Program-made: the position numbers and the translations under genes
In this document: piece by piece, positions 24,301-37,711 of the stretch
Numbering within the stretch: the stretch's first letter is position 1
Layout of the letters: every line of letters begins with the position of its first letter
Origin: Ramazzottius varieornatus
Taxonomy: Eukaryota > Animalia > Tardigrada
DNA: 64,000 bases
NCBI GenBank assembly: GCA_001949185.1
Contig: BDGG01000004.1
Location: 3,045,267 to 3,109,266 of the forward strand
Direction: 5' to 3'
Notes under the pieces: model-generated
What the model was told of the DNA's origin: nothing
The model's database searches: none
What the model saw: only the letters and a program-made list of their open reading frames with translations

Positions 24301-27027
24301 GCTGATGCGAACAGGAACAAGCTGCGCTGTCACTTTGACATCTCGGCTCACGTTTACAGTGCGGTCTCTGTCCCGCTTGTCCAGTTATGCTGGCGTTAAG
24401 AAATGGACACAGACCAGTACGCGGTCGGAATCGACAGGTCAAACAAGCGTAACGGATTCCGGGGTGGCTTTTCTTATCCCTCCCGTATTAATCTTTGTCA
24501 AATATCACTTCCCAAGCTCGAAACAACTGTGACTTCCATACAGGGACAACTCCAGCCAGGCTGAGCTAGCATAAAAAATTAATTACAGGCTCAGTGAGGA
24601 AACCATTACACCGAGGGCGCCGTTTTCATTGGAAAATCATTAGCTGAGCCAGTAATACTTTTTGCCCCTTTTCTTTATGCGCTAATTATTGTGGCTTTTC
24701 CCTCGTAGGCCATTAGTTCCACATCAGTCGGCAAACGCAGCTGACACCTCGCAATGGTTGTTGACTCTTCGGACAGGACCATTAGGTGTGGATTTTGGGA
24801 AGGAAAGCCGGATAAGCGGGAGAATCCATTAAGGAAGCGGTTGCGCGGGTTGAATGAATTAGTTTGATGGTCAGTGGCGACAAAAATCTTCCCGCCTGTC
24901 AATCAAGTAAATTCCAGCTGCTGGATTTTGTGATCCTGGAAAATTACCGATAAGGTGGATAGATAAGTGTTCACTAGTTCCAATCGACCATACACAAGGT
25001 CTTTTTCCCAACAAAAGCATATGGCACCACTCGACTTTTACATATTTTATTCTTGTAAAGTAGCACCTGACTGCTTGACAATCGATTTCCTCTTGATCTT
25101 CTGTGACAACTAATTAGCATACAATGCCCAAATTCCAGATTTTCATCAGCCTGAATATGTTCTCGAGTTTCAGACCAGATTCCGAATTCAGTTAATATTT
25201 TTCTTTGTTCTGAACACTGATCAGCTGAACTTGGGAAAAATCGAATTTTTTCCCAAGGGCATCAGCAAGGTCTGCCCCCTTTTCCACCACGGTATTTATT
25301 TGGGAGGACGGCAAACAGTCTCTAGATGCCTGATATTTCAAGTGGTGTAGTTGTCCTTGTTGCTGGTTGGAAAGGTTTGCCACTGCAAACAATGCTCATC
25401 CCGAGACTTTTTGCCAGCCTCCTATTTACGTTTGAGATATTCGTGATACCACGTATATTGTATCATGATAGGTTTCATAGTGGGTGACGCGATGCAAAAT
25501 TCGGGAAAAAAAGATTGGCGGCTTCGTAATCGAGGCGACCTGCCACAAAGCCGTTACTTTGGGTGGTTTGGTTCCGCATGAAATGGCCATCTATAAATTC
25601 AATCAAAAGTGAGAGATGCCAGTAATGTGAGTATTGTTCTACCGCGCCATTGTAATTTGAGGAGTGATTTCGGCTCTTCTGATGGTCTTGCAATTCCCGT
25701 CAGACACGCCCAGCCCCCTTTACGGATATCTCAGCCTTCAGCGCTATCAATTTGGCTCCCTCAGACTTCTGAAATACTATATCGGACACCGGCTATACTC
25801 TGGTTCAGCCAACATGGACTCTGTCAATTAGAGAAAAATAACATTTTGGTGGCAAGAACAATAACATCTGTTGACTTTCCAATTGAGTTTACATCTGGTT
25901 TTGCAGACGCGCCTAGCTGGGCTTCTGTGACAGCCTTTCTTCTGGAGTACGTCTTCTGCACCGCAATGTATCTTTAGTTGGACAAAGTTATTGGACGAAG
26001 AAGAGATACTTGAGAAAGTTTCTGGCCGTGTCGACTAACCAGGCGCACTCTGGACATTGTTAATTGGACTTTCGATTGAAAGTTGAAGGGGGCATTTGAT
26101 CGAAACAATAAACACCTGCCATTCCGAGGCCACTTGAGGAACCTCACGCCTACATACTCAGTATGGATGCAGCCTTCCGCTGGACATATCCGAATACTCC
26201 GCTGCGGGCAATAATTGTATATTATTCGGACTGTAAAATTCTGCAGGCAGACGTCCCTGCGGGTGGCCGCAAACACCAACGAAATTTAAATCCAATCTTG
26301 AACCAGAAGGAATAGCCCATTGTTAAAATAAACACCGGGAAATGAAAAGCCGCGAAGGCTTGGGTACGAGGAACAGGAGAAACCGGCTGTGCACATGAGG
26401 ACCAGAATAATACTCTCAATGTGGAAGCTGTGAAGCGTGGGCATACGGTCAAGTAAAACATGACCGAGTCATCGAGCCTCTCTCAGAAACATGTGTTTTT
26501 TAAATATTTGAACAGTTTACAAATTCAAATAACAACATTGATCAATGGGAAGTGAAAGAGCCGGTCCAGCAGGAAATCAATAGCCAAAGTTAACCTAATT
26601 TTACGCTCAAACATAATAACACTATTGACAGAAAATAGAACCTATATTCTGCACAATAGGCTCTTGCCACGTCTAACAGACAAATTAAAGAATATTGCAA
26701 AGAAGATGTGAGATAGAGTTTTCGAAGCGAGGACCTCTCGAATTTTTAATGAATTGTCTTGCTTTTCTTTTCTTGGACAAACTCGTTCAAGTGGCAAAGA
26801 CAGCTATCCTTCCATCTTGATCGCAATGAAAGGGGAATAATAAATAGTGTGAAACAGATATGCTGTCAGAGCTAGTGAAAACATGCTCGACTTGAACCTT
26901 CGATCCGTCGATAACTTATTTTCTTTTTATTGTCTTCATGACCTACTTGAGAGGCAGTCTCGGTTGAAAAGGTGACAGAAGAACTTGATAGAGCCCCTCG
27001 TACTTCATTTGAATAAATTGATGAGGA

Positions 27028-27059
27028 GCAGTCGCAGTCGCAGTCGCAGTCACAGTCGC
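27028..27059. repeat. (GCAGTC)n hexanucleotide microsatellite
   Basis: gcagtc x4 plus acagtc gc. Confidence 0.85.
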
Positions 27060-30000
27060 GCAAACAAGCCTCGCATGCTGGTGAGAACAAACATGTCGCT
27101 GAATTTAAAGATCGTGCAGAGCGTCATAAACACTTGGCTTCCATGGAAAAGGCAATTCAGAACATATGGACCGCTTCCTAAATGACATCACCTAATCAAC
27201 TGGGTTCCCACGTAAATACGCCCATACGCCCAAACTGGAAACAGCGGTCGCTCACTCTCCACTAGTCTCCAGGATATGCAAATGCTATCACGAATATCCT
27301 TAAGAAATTGATTGCACGCTACCCTGTTGTGAGTGACTGAATCAAAATTCGATACTGTACGAGGTATCACTATTCATTTGCCTGAAGCAAAATATTGGAT
27401 TTTGGGAAAGACGTGTTTGTGATCAATAGAATCGCCATTCGCATCATGAGCATGGTCAAGCGCTACACAAGGAAGAGATGGATGCTGGAGGCATCTGCGT
27501 GTTCACCCATGGTCCAGCATTGATTTTGTGTTCACACCTGTATGCATTGATTTCTGCTTTCATAATAGTTTGTAACAGAGGAAGGAAAGGATCGATCGAA
27601 TGATGAAGGAGACACGCACATTCTTTTGTATGGAAACGCCCCGAAAGAGTGGTTTCTTTCTGCCTGGCATTTGTCCAGAATACTGACCGGTGGCAGCTCA
27701 AAAGGGACTTGCATCGATGGATGGAAGAGTTGCTGGTTAATCTCAATCGCATTGTATGACACCGCAAAGGCAACATTGGACGTTGATAAGTGCTTTCATT
27801 ATTGAAGTGTGCGCGTGTTGGCTAATGGTTCCTTCATTGTCTTGCCCACAGGTCGCTAGACAATTCTTCATTTGCTCTGGAAGAGATGCAAACAAACAAG
27901 GTATCCATCTGGTCATTGCCGTGATATTCATATGCGACTCTGAAAGACGAATTCCGTGAAAAAGATGAGTACAGTTCATTAAAGTTCATTGCAGACTGCG
28001 CCGCCGAAGAGAGGCACAGTGGGCAGTTCCGCGTGGGAACGGTCAAGATTGTCTTCGGTCTGCAACCGCTGAGATAAAGTTTCGGAAAGCAAAACAAACG
28101 CGTAAAATTGAACGCGCCGAATAATTAACTGAGAGAAAAGTCAAGCTGGTTCAAGAATTGATCTTGTCGCGCTCTGTTGGATCAATTATCATAGTATTCT
28201 GGTCAGTTCAGGCAGAAGACATGGCCTTTCAAGCAGAGCAGGTGCTGGTCGCATACCATTGTCTGCTGGTGTCGAAGACATACAAGTTACCATAAGAACA
28301 CAGCGGGATCCTGCTCTGTTTACAGTCGGCACCGTCACCGACGATTTTCCACATGACACAGAACAATAAAAGCATCGGCTGAACGAGACATTCCCAATGA
28401 AAGATGGCTGCATGCCACAGGAAATAACATTAGCCAGCAGTGGACAAACCATCAATTACGACTGCTTCTCGAATTGATTGGTATTAATTTTCGCTTACAG
28501 CTGGTCCCATTCTTCCTGCAGTATCCGGACATTCTCGGCCTTTTTCATGGTCCAAACAAGATATTAATCGGCTTAACAGAGACGTTGTACTCGAATTCTA
28601 ATTAATTTGACAGCAATGGGCAGCTGCTGAGAAGCTATAGACACGGTTAGACTTTTTGGTCCGATACGTTTTCCCGGAAGCAAGCTGGCACTTCAGGGTT
28701 CCGTCAGGCTCTCTGTGAATGCAACCCTATCAGCCCAGACTTCCAACAAGACCAGCTTGCAATCTCGGGAAGACTGTTATCTCAAGTGGCGCAGTAGCCG
28801 TTGTTATTGGCTGGAAAGGTGCGCCCTTAGAGATAGAGATCATCGCGAGGTTGTTTGCCGTCTTCCCAATTGCAACTATAGTTTTCCAGAGACACGCAGG
28901 TTTTTGGTATGCGTAAAGGGCGAGATGCTGAAGCGAGGTCGCTTCTTCGATGTCTGTAGCTCACTGGTCTGGCTGGACCATCCCTCGAAATTTGAATTTT
29001 AATCGTTGGCGGAACGGCTTTCTGGCGACGTTTAACAACTTCGAATTCCGCGGAGACGACGATCGATGGCGAAAAGGCTTATCCGGGAGATGCATAAAGC
29101 CGGCGCATAACTGATATCCCGCAGCGTGCTCGAAGAATATTGAATATTATAGACGCTTGACCACACAGAAGAAAATAACCTATTAGTACCGGAAGATTAT
29201 ACCGTGTCCGGCATCCAAGGGCGGTTTAATGGTACACATCGGTCAAGGTATCTGTCCAACCCGTAATCATCTTATAGGTCTTGGAGACATACTTTCGCTG
29301 GTTAAATTGTTGTCTTCAAAACGTTAAATGTACCACCTCGCGAGAATTTTACGAGGACAAGTCTACAATTGGTCGTTCTGCTCACCGGGAAGCTACTTCC
29401 GGATCGGTGATACTCTGTGTTATTGGTGCGTACGACCTTTCTTTCCCACAAACTCGTCAAGTCGGATAGCTTTACAGAGACAACGAAGAAGTCAAGCTGA
29501 AGGTTATTCAATAAAGGCAACGATGCAGCGCTGATTTTCTGTTGTAAGTTGTAACCGTACCGCCAAGAAAACCGGCGCGCTAGTCGGCGAAGGTGCATAG
29601 CGAGGCTGATAACGAAAAAATACCTGTCGATGGTATCGCTAGCAGACAAATTATATCTGAAAATGGGCATAGTTAAATTTTCCCGATATCTCGGATCTAT
29701 AAGAGGGACGTGCCAAGACTTGTCGCGAAAGTGAAAATGATAAGCCGACGGAAGAGACAATGAAAATTTCAACCCATACCTCATTCATCACTGTCGTATT
29801 TTAACACACACATACCGCAAACAAAGGAAACCTAGACCTGCCGAGAGCGGCGCGCTTGCTAGACAAATCATCACTGCACTTTACCCAAAAAAGCCATCTC
29901 TGAAGCTACCATATTCCACAACATAGATCGCAGAACTGGAAACCTCATCAGACATCAAATTCGAAATTTACGCGTTGTGCTGTTGGGCACCTTCATCCTA

Positions 30001-30181
30001 CTAGGCTAAAAATCGATCTGTAACAGCACAGACAATGCCAGGCAAATCCAAAGTGAAGAAATATTTAGATATAAACAATGAAACAAAATATCACAGATTA
30101 AATGCAGATGAAGACTGAAAAACTCAGAGTAATACATGTGGTTCCACCGGAAAAACTTCGAAAACTTCAGGCGCCAAAAGC

Positions 30182-32606
30182 TTAGCTCGTTCCATTCACA
30201 TGACTGTGGCCATTCTGAATTAGCGGTAATTCTGGTTTCGGTCCAGGTAGCCATGACTGCTTCCATATGATGACGTTCTTCAGCCACGTTTCTTCCGCTT
30301 CGGACATCTTAAGGATCACCGAAACAGCTTTCAGCATCTGCAAACGCTAAAACAGAAATATTAGTCGATAAAACTCACTATTCACTTCGTTAGTCGGTTG
30401 TCATGATTTCACAAGAGAGAGTCTTACTTCATCTCCAGTTCCGCTCACGAACTTCAACAGGACGTTCTTCATGTACTCATGGCCAGCACCGTCTACCGGC
30501 GATTCATCCGCTTTACTATTCTTCTCCACCAGTTCCGCCAACTGATTTTCCAGGCTGGCTATCTGGCGATCCCGCTCTCGAAGTTTCGTCTCCGTATCTT
30601 TGGCCGTTCGCCTCCGGAAGATGGCCATGGCACCCTCCTTGCTCTGCACTTCCTCTCGCAAGGTACTAATCTGGTTTCTCAGTTCAGCCACAGTTACCTC
30701 GGACGCTGTAACCAACTCGCTCTTCTCTTGTAGTTCTTCATTCGCCAACGAAAGTGATACTTCCTTTTGCGACATCTCTGAACGCAAACTTTCCAAGAGC
30801 CCTTCGTGCTTTTGTGATGTCTGTTTCGTTTGTTCTTCGATCTCTCTACGTTCGACCATTATCCTTTCCGCACTCGCTTTCAGCTTTTCCTCAAGGTCTA
30901 AGATGTGTTTGGATATCTCTACATTCTTTGCTGAAGCTGCTCTTTCCAACTTCAGCTCTGATTCTAGCTTTTCAACTTCGCTTCGGAGATCTTTTATGAG
31001 GTCTTGTCCGGAGCTAACTTCCTCGCCGAGTTTCCTGGCTTCGTCCAATGCTTTCTCTTTCAACAATTTCTCTTTCTGCAAATCAGCGAGGAACTTGTCA
31101 ATCTGGTTCTCCAGGATGGCCATTGTAGACTTTAACGAGGAGTTTTCCTCTCGAACACGGTCGAGCTCCTTCTGGTAGTCGGCCGCCGCCGCAGTGGAGA
31201 TGCCGAGCTTGGCTTCCAAATCGGTTACCTTCTTTGCAGAATTCTGAACGAGCGATGACTTTTCTTTTAGTCTTTGTACCGCCTGGTCATGTGCAATCTA
31301 AACAAACGAGGTAAGACCTATTTATTCTCATGATATCTGCGACTCGTCACACCAGAAGGACCATCTTACCTTCCATGAATCTTTCTCCAGCTTTACGCTC
31401 TCACACTGTCGTTGTAATTCGCTCAGTTTGAACGTTGCTTCTCCCAGTTTCTCTTCATTGACTCGATTCTGAGACGAAACCAGAGACAAAATAAGATCGT
31501 ACAATAATATAGTGGAAAGATACGGTTACTCCTTATATCCTCTGTACATTACGGTTCGCTGTTCGACAATCGAGCTTACCGCAGCGGTAGCATCTTTGAG
31601 TCGTTCTAGCTCAGCGCGAAAGGTCGACCGTTCAGTTTCTTGGGACAACAGGTCAGTCTTACTTTTCCGCAGCTCTTGGTTCTTAGCCTCCAACTGCAAA
31701 ACCAAGAATGAAACCATTGGAATTTTTTATAGGGACGTTTCGTATATGCGAAGCAATAGGCAAGTAGGCGTTACTTTGTATGAAACATTGACTCGTCACA
31801 AGGAAGATCTTTACGACACTACTCCAGCTTGTAGCTTACCTCTGCAGTAATCTTAGCTATCCTCTCCTCGAAGACACGGTGATCGCAGACAGGAACAACA
31901 ACCTGTGTCACAGAACCTCCGACGCTGGAGCTACTTCGCACCGGGGCAGGTGAGAGCAAAGGACCCGAAGTGACAGTGATGGGCTCATCAACCAGTGAAA
32001 CGCTATTCATCTCGGCCTGTGAGTTCCCAGAAGGTAATAGAACGTGATCAGCAACCTCCGCAGGCTTGTTCTCGCTTATCTTTGGGGGAGCCGAGAAGTC
32101 CACGGTGTCATTCTGTACAGCAAGCCAGTCTTCCGAAAAGCTACCGGAAACGTCACCCAGCGATGCTTTCCCATTCTCGTGCAGTTCGAAAACATCCAGC
32201 GATGGCTTACCCGGAGTGTCGAACTGTTCGATTCTGTTGCGGTCAGGATATTTGGGCTGGACACTCACTTCTTCGAGCGTAAGGTCGAACGGTACAGCAT
32301 CTTCCTCCTGCGATGATGACGCAGCGGGCTGGATAAGCTCATCTTGGAAAACTGGTGTGGTGATGATAGTCCGAGAAGCAGCGGATTCCGACTGAATGCT
32401 TTCGCGGGATGTACCTAATGCAGAAGGCTTGCTACCGCTGTGACGCAGACCTGCAACGATAAAAGTCACAAAATAGACACGTCGCCATATATAATGCATG
32501 AATGATAGCGTGCCGTACTAGATAAGGAGCCTAGTCCACCAGGACTGGCAAGGGTGCTCAAGTCAGATCCCACATCCTCAATCTTCTTCTTGAGATTCTT
32601 GAACAT
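30182..32606 (-). CDS. GOLGA1: GRIP-domain golgin, golgin-97 type
   Basis: N-terminal MFKNLKKKIED motif; long coiled coil; C-terminal GRIP domain HEYMKNVLLKFVSG...LQMLKAVSVILKMSEAEETWLKNVIIWKQSWLPG. The KAVSV and K.SW features are typical of golgin-97. Confidence 0.88.
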
Positions 32607-33406
32607 CTTAGAGGCTCAAGTCGAGCGGAAACGCAGACTCAAAGACTCCTTTCAGCGTCAACTACGATATCGACATGCTGATTTGGCCCATAGAGAACAC
32701 GTAACGTGGTCAGTTCCTACTGCACGACTAGAACAGTGAGACGTGGTAGCAAACAGATCTTGATGTCCTGCCGGATTTCAGGTCACGATACAGGTCCGAA
32801 GAAGCTGAATCAAACACAGGAGTTACGACACAAGAATACTTCCGAATCGCGAAGCAGGAATCAGCCCTGGATCGGAGCAAGCGCCAAGCGGAAACGGAAA
32901 CGTAAACAGGAAGTTTTCAAAACTATTACATTCGAAAAATTGCGAATTTGATGGACAAGTCAACGTGTTGGGGGCCACTTGATTTACACATCTTTGATTG
33001 GATCGAGAAGCCACAAAACATAAGACTCACTTCCGTTTGCTTCGCGCAGTTCGTATATGTAGCCCTTCGCTTGTTTCAGTTTCCTGTTATCTCCTAGGAT
33101 GCCATCTCATCCTCATCCCTCGCGACTGTATCAGAGCTGGACTTCGTTGTGTTCGCCGCACTATTCAGGAATCTGGAGTCGGATTGCGCACGACTGTGTA
33201 GTCTCGCGAGTTGCGTTTCAGAGATGCTGAAGTGATCGACCTGAAGGCGGACGAGACTTACAGCTACAAGATGATTATGAACTCTTACTGTTAGGGAAAT
33301 CTACGTCGCGGTTCGCTGGAGTAATCTGATGACCGGACCTTAGTGAGATGGGCAGTTGATAACCGCGTTATCAATAGATATCGCTTGGACGATCCTGCAG
33401 TGCACA

Positions 33407-36400
33407 ATGGGATCGCGGATAAGGTACCTGCAGTGGGCACACGTTCGTACTTCGCGAAGTTTACGTAGCCCGTAACGTCTTTTCAGGTCCCATCCCGACC
33501 GCCTCTTCAAACTATTCGCGCAAGTGGTTGCACCGGAAAACGATATTGAAGGTAAAATGAATTGGACAATAGGAAATGTAGCCTCTTTCGGACGGAAACG
33601 GAGGGTTTGGTATACTTTAACATTATGTTTTAACATTATGTATGCATCGTCCTATATGATTCGACATGTCAATTGTCGGTTTGCTACATTTCAGCCTGGA
33701 TTCTGCAGAAATTCCCTGATGAATTCGACGAGCAGGTACCAGATGCGCGCTCTACCGTTCTTCCGTACAATCGTTGCACGTGGTCATATATTGCAGGATT
33801 CTCTGAAGAATGTGCCCGTCTTCTGCTTTCCGACATTGAATTCCTCATATGGAACAGTCCGGCATTTCTGCTTCGTCCTGACGGATATCGAGGGCAAGTT
33901 CACGTTCGGCTTTTGCCGATTCAGTGGCGATGGAAAGACATGTCTTTGCATCCTGAGGTATGTTTAATTATAGGAGATATTGGAGAAACGTGGAACATTT
34001 CTTCTTCGTTGTAGTTATTTTCCATGGCACGATCTCTTCTACAAGATGTTGAACTACATCGTGGATCTCATGACCAAGAACCCAAGTGACGATTTGCTGG
34101 GCTTCCTTCAGGCAGCCTATCGTTATCCGGTCCCACGAGGCGGCGAAGAGCTTCATGTGATACATAAGTTCCAAAAGGTTGAGTTCCGAGAGTGGGTCCC
34201 TGACGCGAAACGCCTACCCAGCATTCCAGAAAATCGTGTGATAACTGAATACTTCAATGCACTCGATGTCAACAACATGACCACCGTCTTTGCAAGGTGA
34301 GAGTAACACGGTGAGTTCCGCATTCCGGAAGAGCACTTTATCTGACTGCTTGCTGACGGCATTGCATTATTCGTTTGTTTCTTTTCTGTAGTTTGCTGAA
34401 TGAGAGGCGAATAATCTTCACGTCGAAGAAGCTCGGGAAACTTACCGGCTGTGTTATGGCAGCTAATGTGCTGCTTTATCCGATGCAATGGTACGAGCAC
34501 TTGCCGAAGTTTCAGTTGCTGTTACTACCACGTATTCTGGTTCTTATTTCGGTAGGCAACATATTTTCGTACCTGTTCTTCCCAAGAAGCTTATCGACTA
34601 TGTGACGTAAGTCTTGATACTTCTTTGCGACCTACTTCATTTCCGGACTTCGGGTCTACCTGTTTTTCTGCCGTAGTGCGCCGATGCCGTTCATGATCGG
34701 GATTCCTGACGACATGATGCCGGTGAGTATACAAAGTTCCTCAAAGTTGTATTTTTGATGCAACGTATTGATCACTTTTTGTTTTGGGTCTGTCAGGCGG
34801 TTCGTGGCATGGATCTGGGGGAGGTCGTCATCGTGGACGTCGATCAGAATACTGTGCAAACGCCCTTTGACGACGTCAGGGCATTACCGTCGAATGTGGT
34901 ATGTACGGTACTTCAATGATCAGACTTCCATTTGGTCTTAGTCAAATGAAGCCGTTTACTGAAGATCTACTGTGAATCCAGGTGGGGACAATCAAGTCTG
35001 GGGCTGGGAAAATGTTTGGTGACGGAGTAGCACGCACTTTCATGAGAGCACTGGTTGTTCTTATTGGAGGGTACCGGTTCGGCTTGAGGTGTGAGGGTTC
35101 TACGATCATGGATCTTGAAGTTAGTAGGAAGCCAACAATATGTTTCCCTCTTACAGCTTGACGCCTGGACAGAAGATAAGCTTTAGTATGGAGAAGTTTA
35201 TCCGAAGTAGACCTCCTTATCTCCAGGAAGTGCTAGCGCAGCTGACTGAGCAGCAGATCTTTCGACAGGTTCGTTAATGGTTGGAATCTACTTATGAAGA
35301 CCCCACATAGAAAGTGTTTTTTTATTATAGTTCATAGAAGAACGATTGGCTCTACTAAACGAAGGTGAAGGTTTCTCCGACGAGTTCGAGCAGGAAGTGT
35401 CATTGCTCATCGACCACGAAAGCGGAACAAGCAAAGATGTTTCCGTTGCGGATCAGTATTACAGATGGCGCTCGGTAAACTCCTTAATATATGACTCCAT
35501 CAGAGTAAATACTATAGTTAATCGGTGTGCTTACTGCATTATAATGATATTATGCTTACAGAAAGGAGAATTCTTCCTTCGAAACGTGACGAACAAGGTA
35601 TCCTTCTAGGTTACCTTTCCAGTCTTCCCTTCGCGACAACCATTTCTTCCTGGGTTCTTACAGGTGAAGGATCGTGGAAAAGAAGCAGTGAAGGGTATAC
35701 GAACGAAAATTGGTAGTTCAGTGAGTTAAATCATCTTACGATTCCTTAGTCGACCGTTACAGTTGATTTTTCAAACCCGTACACTTGCACTGTCGATAAG
35801 TTCTCTGGTGATACAGGATTTGGGTAGCACTCGTGATCGAGTTGGCGGATCCGAACCGGAAATCTTTCGCGCATCAAGTCCAGTTCCTCGCCGAATACAT
35901 TCCGTCATGCTTCCCGGAAAAAGCATGAAAGATTCAAATAAGAGTCTTTCGCGACAGCCCACGCTGGACAGGTGGGCAAACGCACGTCTTAGAATTCATT
36001 TTAGCGTGGCTGCGTCCTGATACAATATTGCTTTTTCGATATTCTAAGGAGGCCTAGCGATGCGATCGAAATGAAAATAGATCCTTCTCCGCTTCAGACC
36101 TCTCACAGCCAAGTCGAGCCCAGACCTTCCATCGCGCCCGTAAGCGCATTCGAGTTCGAACTTTATCAACTCCTTACTTTGGTCGATTGCCAGTTTGTAC
36201 TGTTTTCTTGCAGCAGAAGACATCTCCTGATAGCCCCGCGTTGATAAGCTTCGAGGAGCCACCACTTGACACGAATGACTCTATGCTTGAGTTTGAGCCG
36301 ACTGTCACCGAAAATCCCTCTCGGCAAGAATTTGCCAGAGCCCTGAATTCCCTGTATGCAGCACGCCCAGCAGGTGTTGGAGTACCCTGGGCAGCTGGAA

Positions 36401-36663
36401 CGGTGAACACAATGCAACCACAGTGGCGCTCTCCATACTTCACAAGCCAGCCATTGAGGCCAAGTTTGTCTTCTCCGGCGGACTGGGGTGTCCGTTCTCG
36501 GCAGGTGCTACCATTGGCAGCAGCTCGACCTCCCGGGATTTCCGCAGCGACCTCGATATTCGACACTTCGTCAGCGGAAACAGCTTCAAAATCTGGTCTC
36601 GGGCCGGCTCATCTCGGAAGTGCCTACGAGAAAGGACATGTCTGGGAGAGTTTTGAGCCTTGA
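33407..36663 (+). CDS. DENND1: DENN domain protein 1 / connecdenn (Rab35 GEF family)
   Basis: MGSRI start; FCFP...HFCFVLTDIEGKFTFGFCR...CLCILSYFPW; LPSIPENRVITEYFNALD; LLNERRIIFTS; LLYPMQW; APMPFMIGI; FSDEFEQE; C-terminal WESFE (WxxF-acidic AP-2-binding motif). Confidence 0.94.
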
Positions 36664-37300
36664 ACGCTGTCTTCGGTTTTCCTGACTCTTTTCTGTCTTT
36701 CAGCTGATTTAGCATGGTGATATGTGTATATCGGTGTTACCGGTCTCCTGTCTTTTAGCAAGATTCAAGGCGGTACTGAATTGGATTTTGTCGTTTTAAT
36801 GCGGAAGAATCAGCTGTGATAATGGAGCGACTTAAGTTCAAACAAGGGCTGAAACCAATGATATTCCGTTGTACTAGTCTGATGGCGACATTCCGCCCGG
36901 AGCTGCCAGGAACCCCTAACGAGACTGACGAAGTGCTTTAGGCCCGTTCGAAACTTCTGGGTAAATTGCTCGTAGGACGAGATCGTGATAGGTACTCGTT
37001 GCTCAGTACTCATCAGGAGCCTAAGAAAGGAAGAACCAATGATAACTTCTTCTGCAGAATCTGCACTCTCTATGATCGATTAAAAAAACGGCCGGCCACC
37101 GAATATATCGGATTTTCAGTGGTACAAGTACCGTTCTTACGTGAACGGTCTATCCTGGCGTTTTGCAGCCAATGCCTCACCGTAGAAAATAAAAACCGCT
37201 CTCTGCATTGACCACAAAACACCCAGGCTGTGCCGCGATAGGATCCACATTGGTGCGCTATTTGATCGAACCGAAAGCGATATTTGACGTTGCTGGCTGG

Positions 37301-37461
37301 ATGCGCGGTTAAGCTGACTTTATCCGCGCATGCACGCGCGGTAAAATGTCTTGCTTCGCGGGTACATGCGCGGATCAAATGCTTGTTCCGCGCTGCTGTG
37401 TAAAATCATCCGTCCACCACTGCGCGCATCCATGCACGGTAGAACTAATTTTCCGCGCATG
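37301..37461. repeat. Tandem array of ~33-bp palindromic units (ATGCGCGG-N~15-CCGCGCAT) upstream of DCAF4-like gene
   Basis: Left half-sites at 37301, 37334, 37366 and 37432 (spacing 33, 32, 66), each followed by a CCGCGC-like right half-site. Confidence 0.7.
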
Positions 37462-37711
37462 GGAGCGTAGCTACTTTTGTACTTTCATTCTTTGTTTGAT
37501 CATCCACCGTTGAACTGTCCTTCTCCTGTTACAAATCGCGGTCTCGTCATAGCCCCATAGGAAACTCGGGCGAGGTGGTCGTGATCACTGATCGAAGTGG
37601 ATCTGCGGAGGCTCAACGCCAGACTGTTGGATATGGCCATATGGATCGACTCACCTGCTGAATTGTACACCATCCGTACGGAGTTTGTTGTATTTGTCTT
37701 GTTGTAGAAGC

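Noticed and set aside
28531-28546. TTCTCGGCCTTTT resembling the U2 snRNA 5' end
   Set aside because: No branch-point recognition sequence GTGTAGTA or other U2 features follow.
29590-29790. Possible DNA-transposon internal fragment / 160-aa ORF
   Set aside because: No TIR pair, second copy or transposase motif visible in the window.
37301-37461. CRISPR-like interpretation of the repeat-spacer array
   Set aside because: Eukaryotic context, degenerate short arms, ~15-nt spacers and no cas genes.
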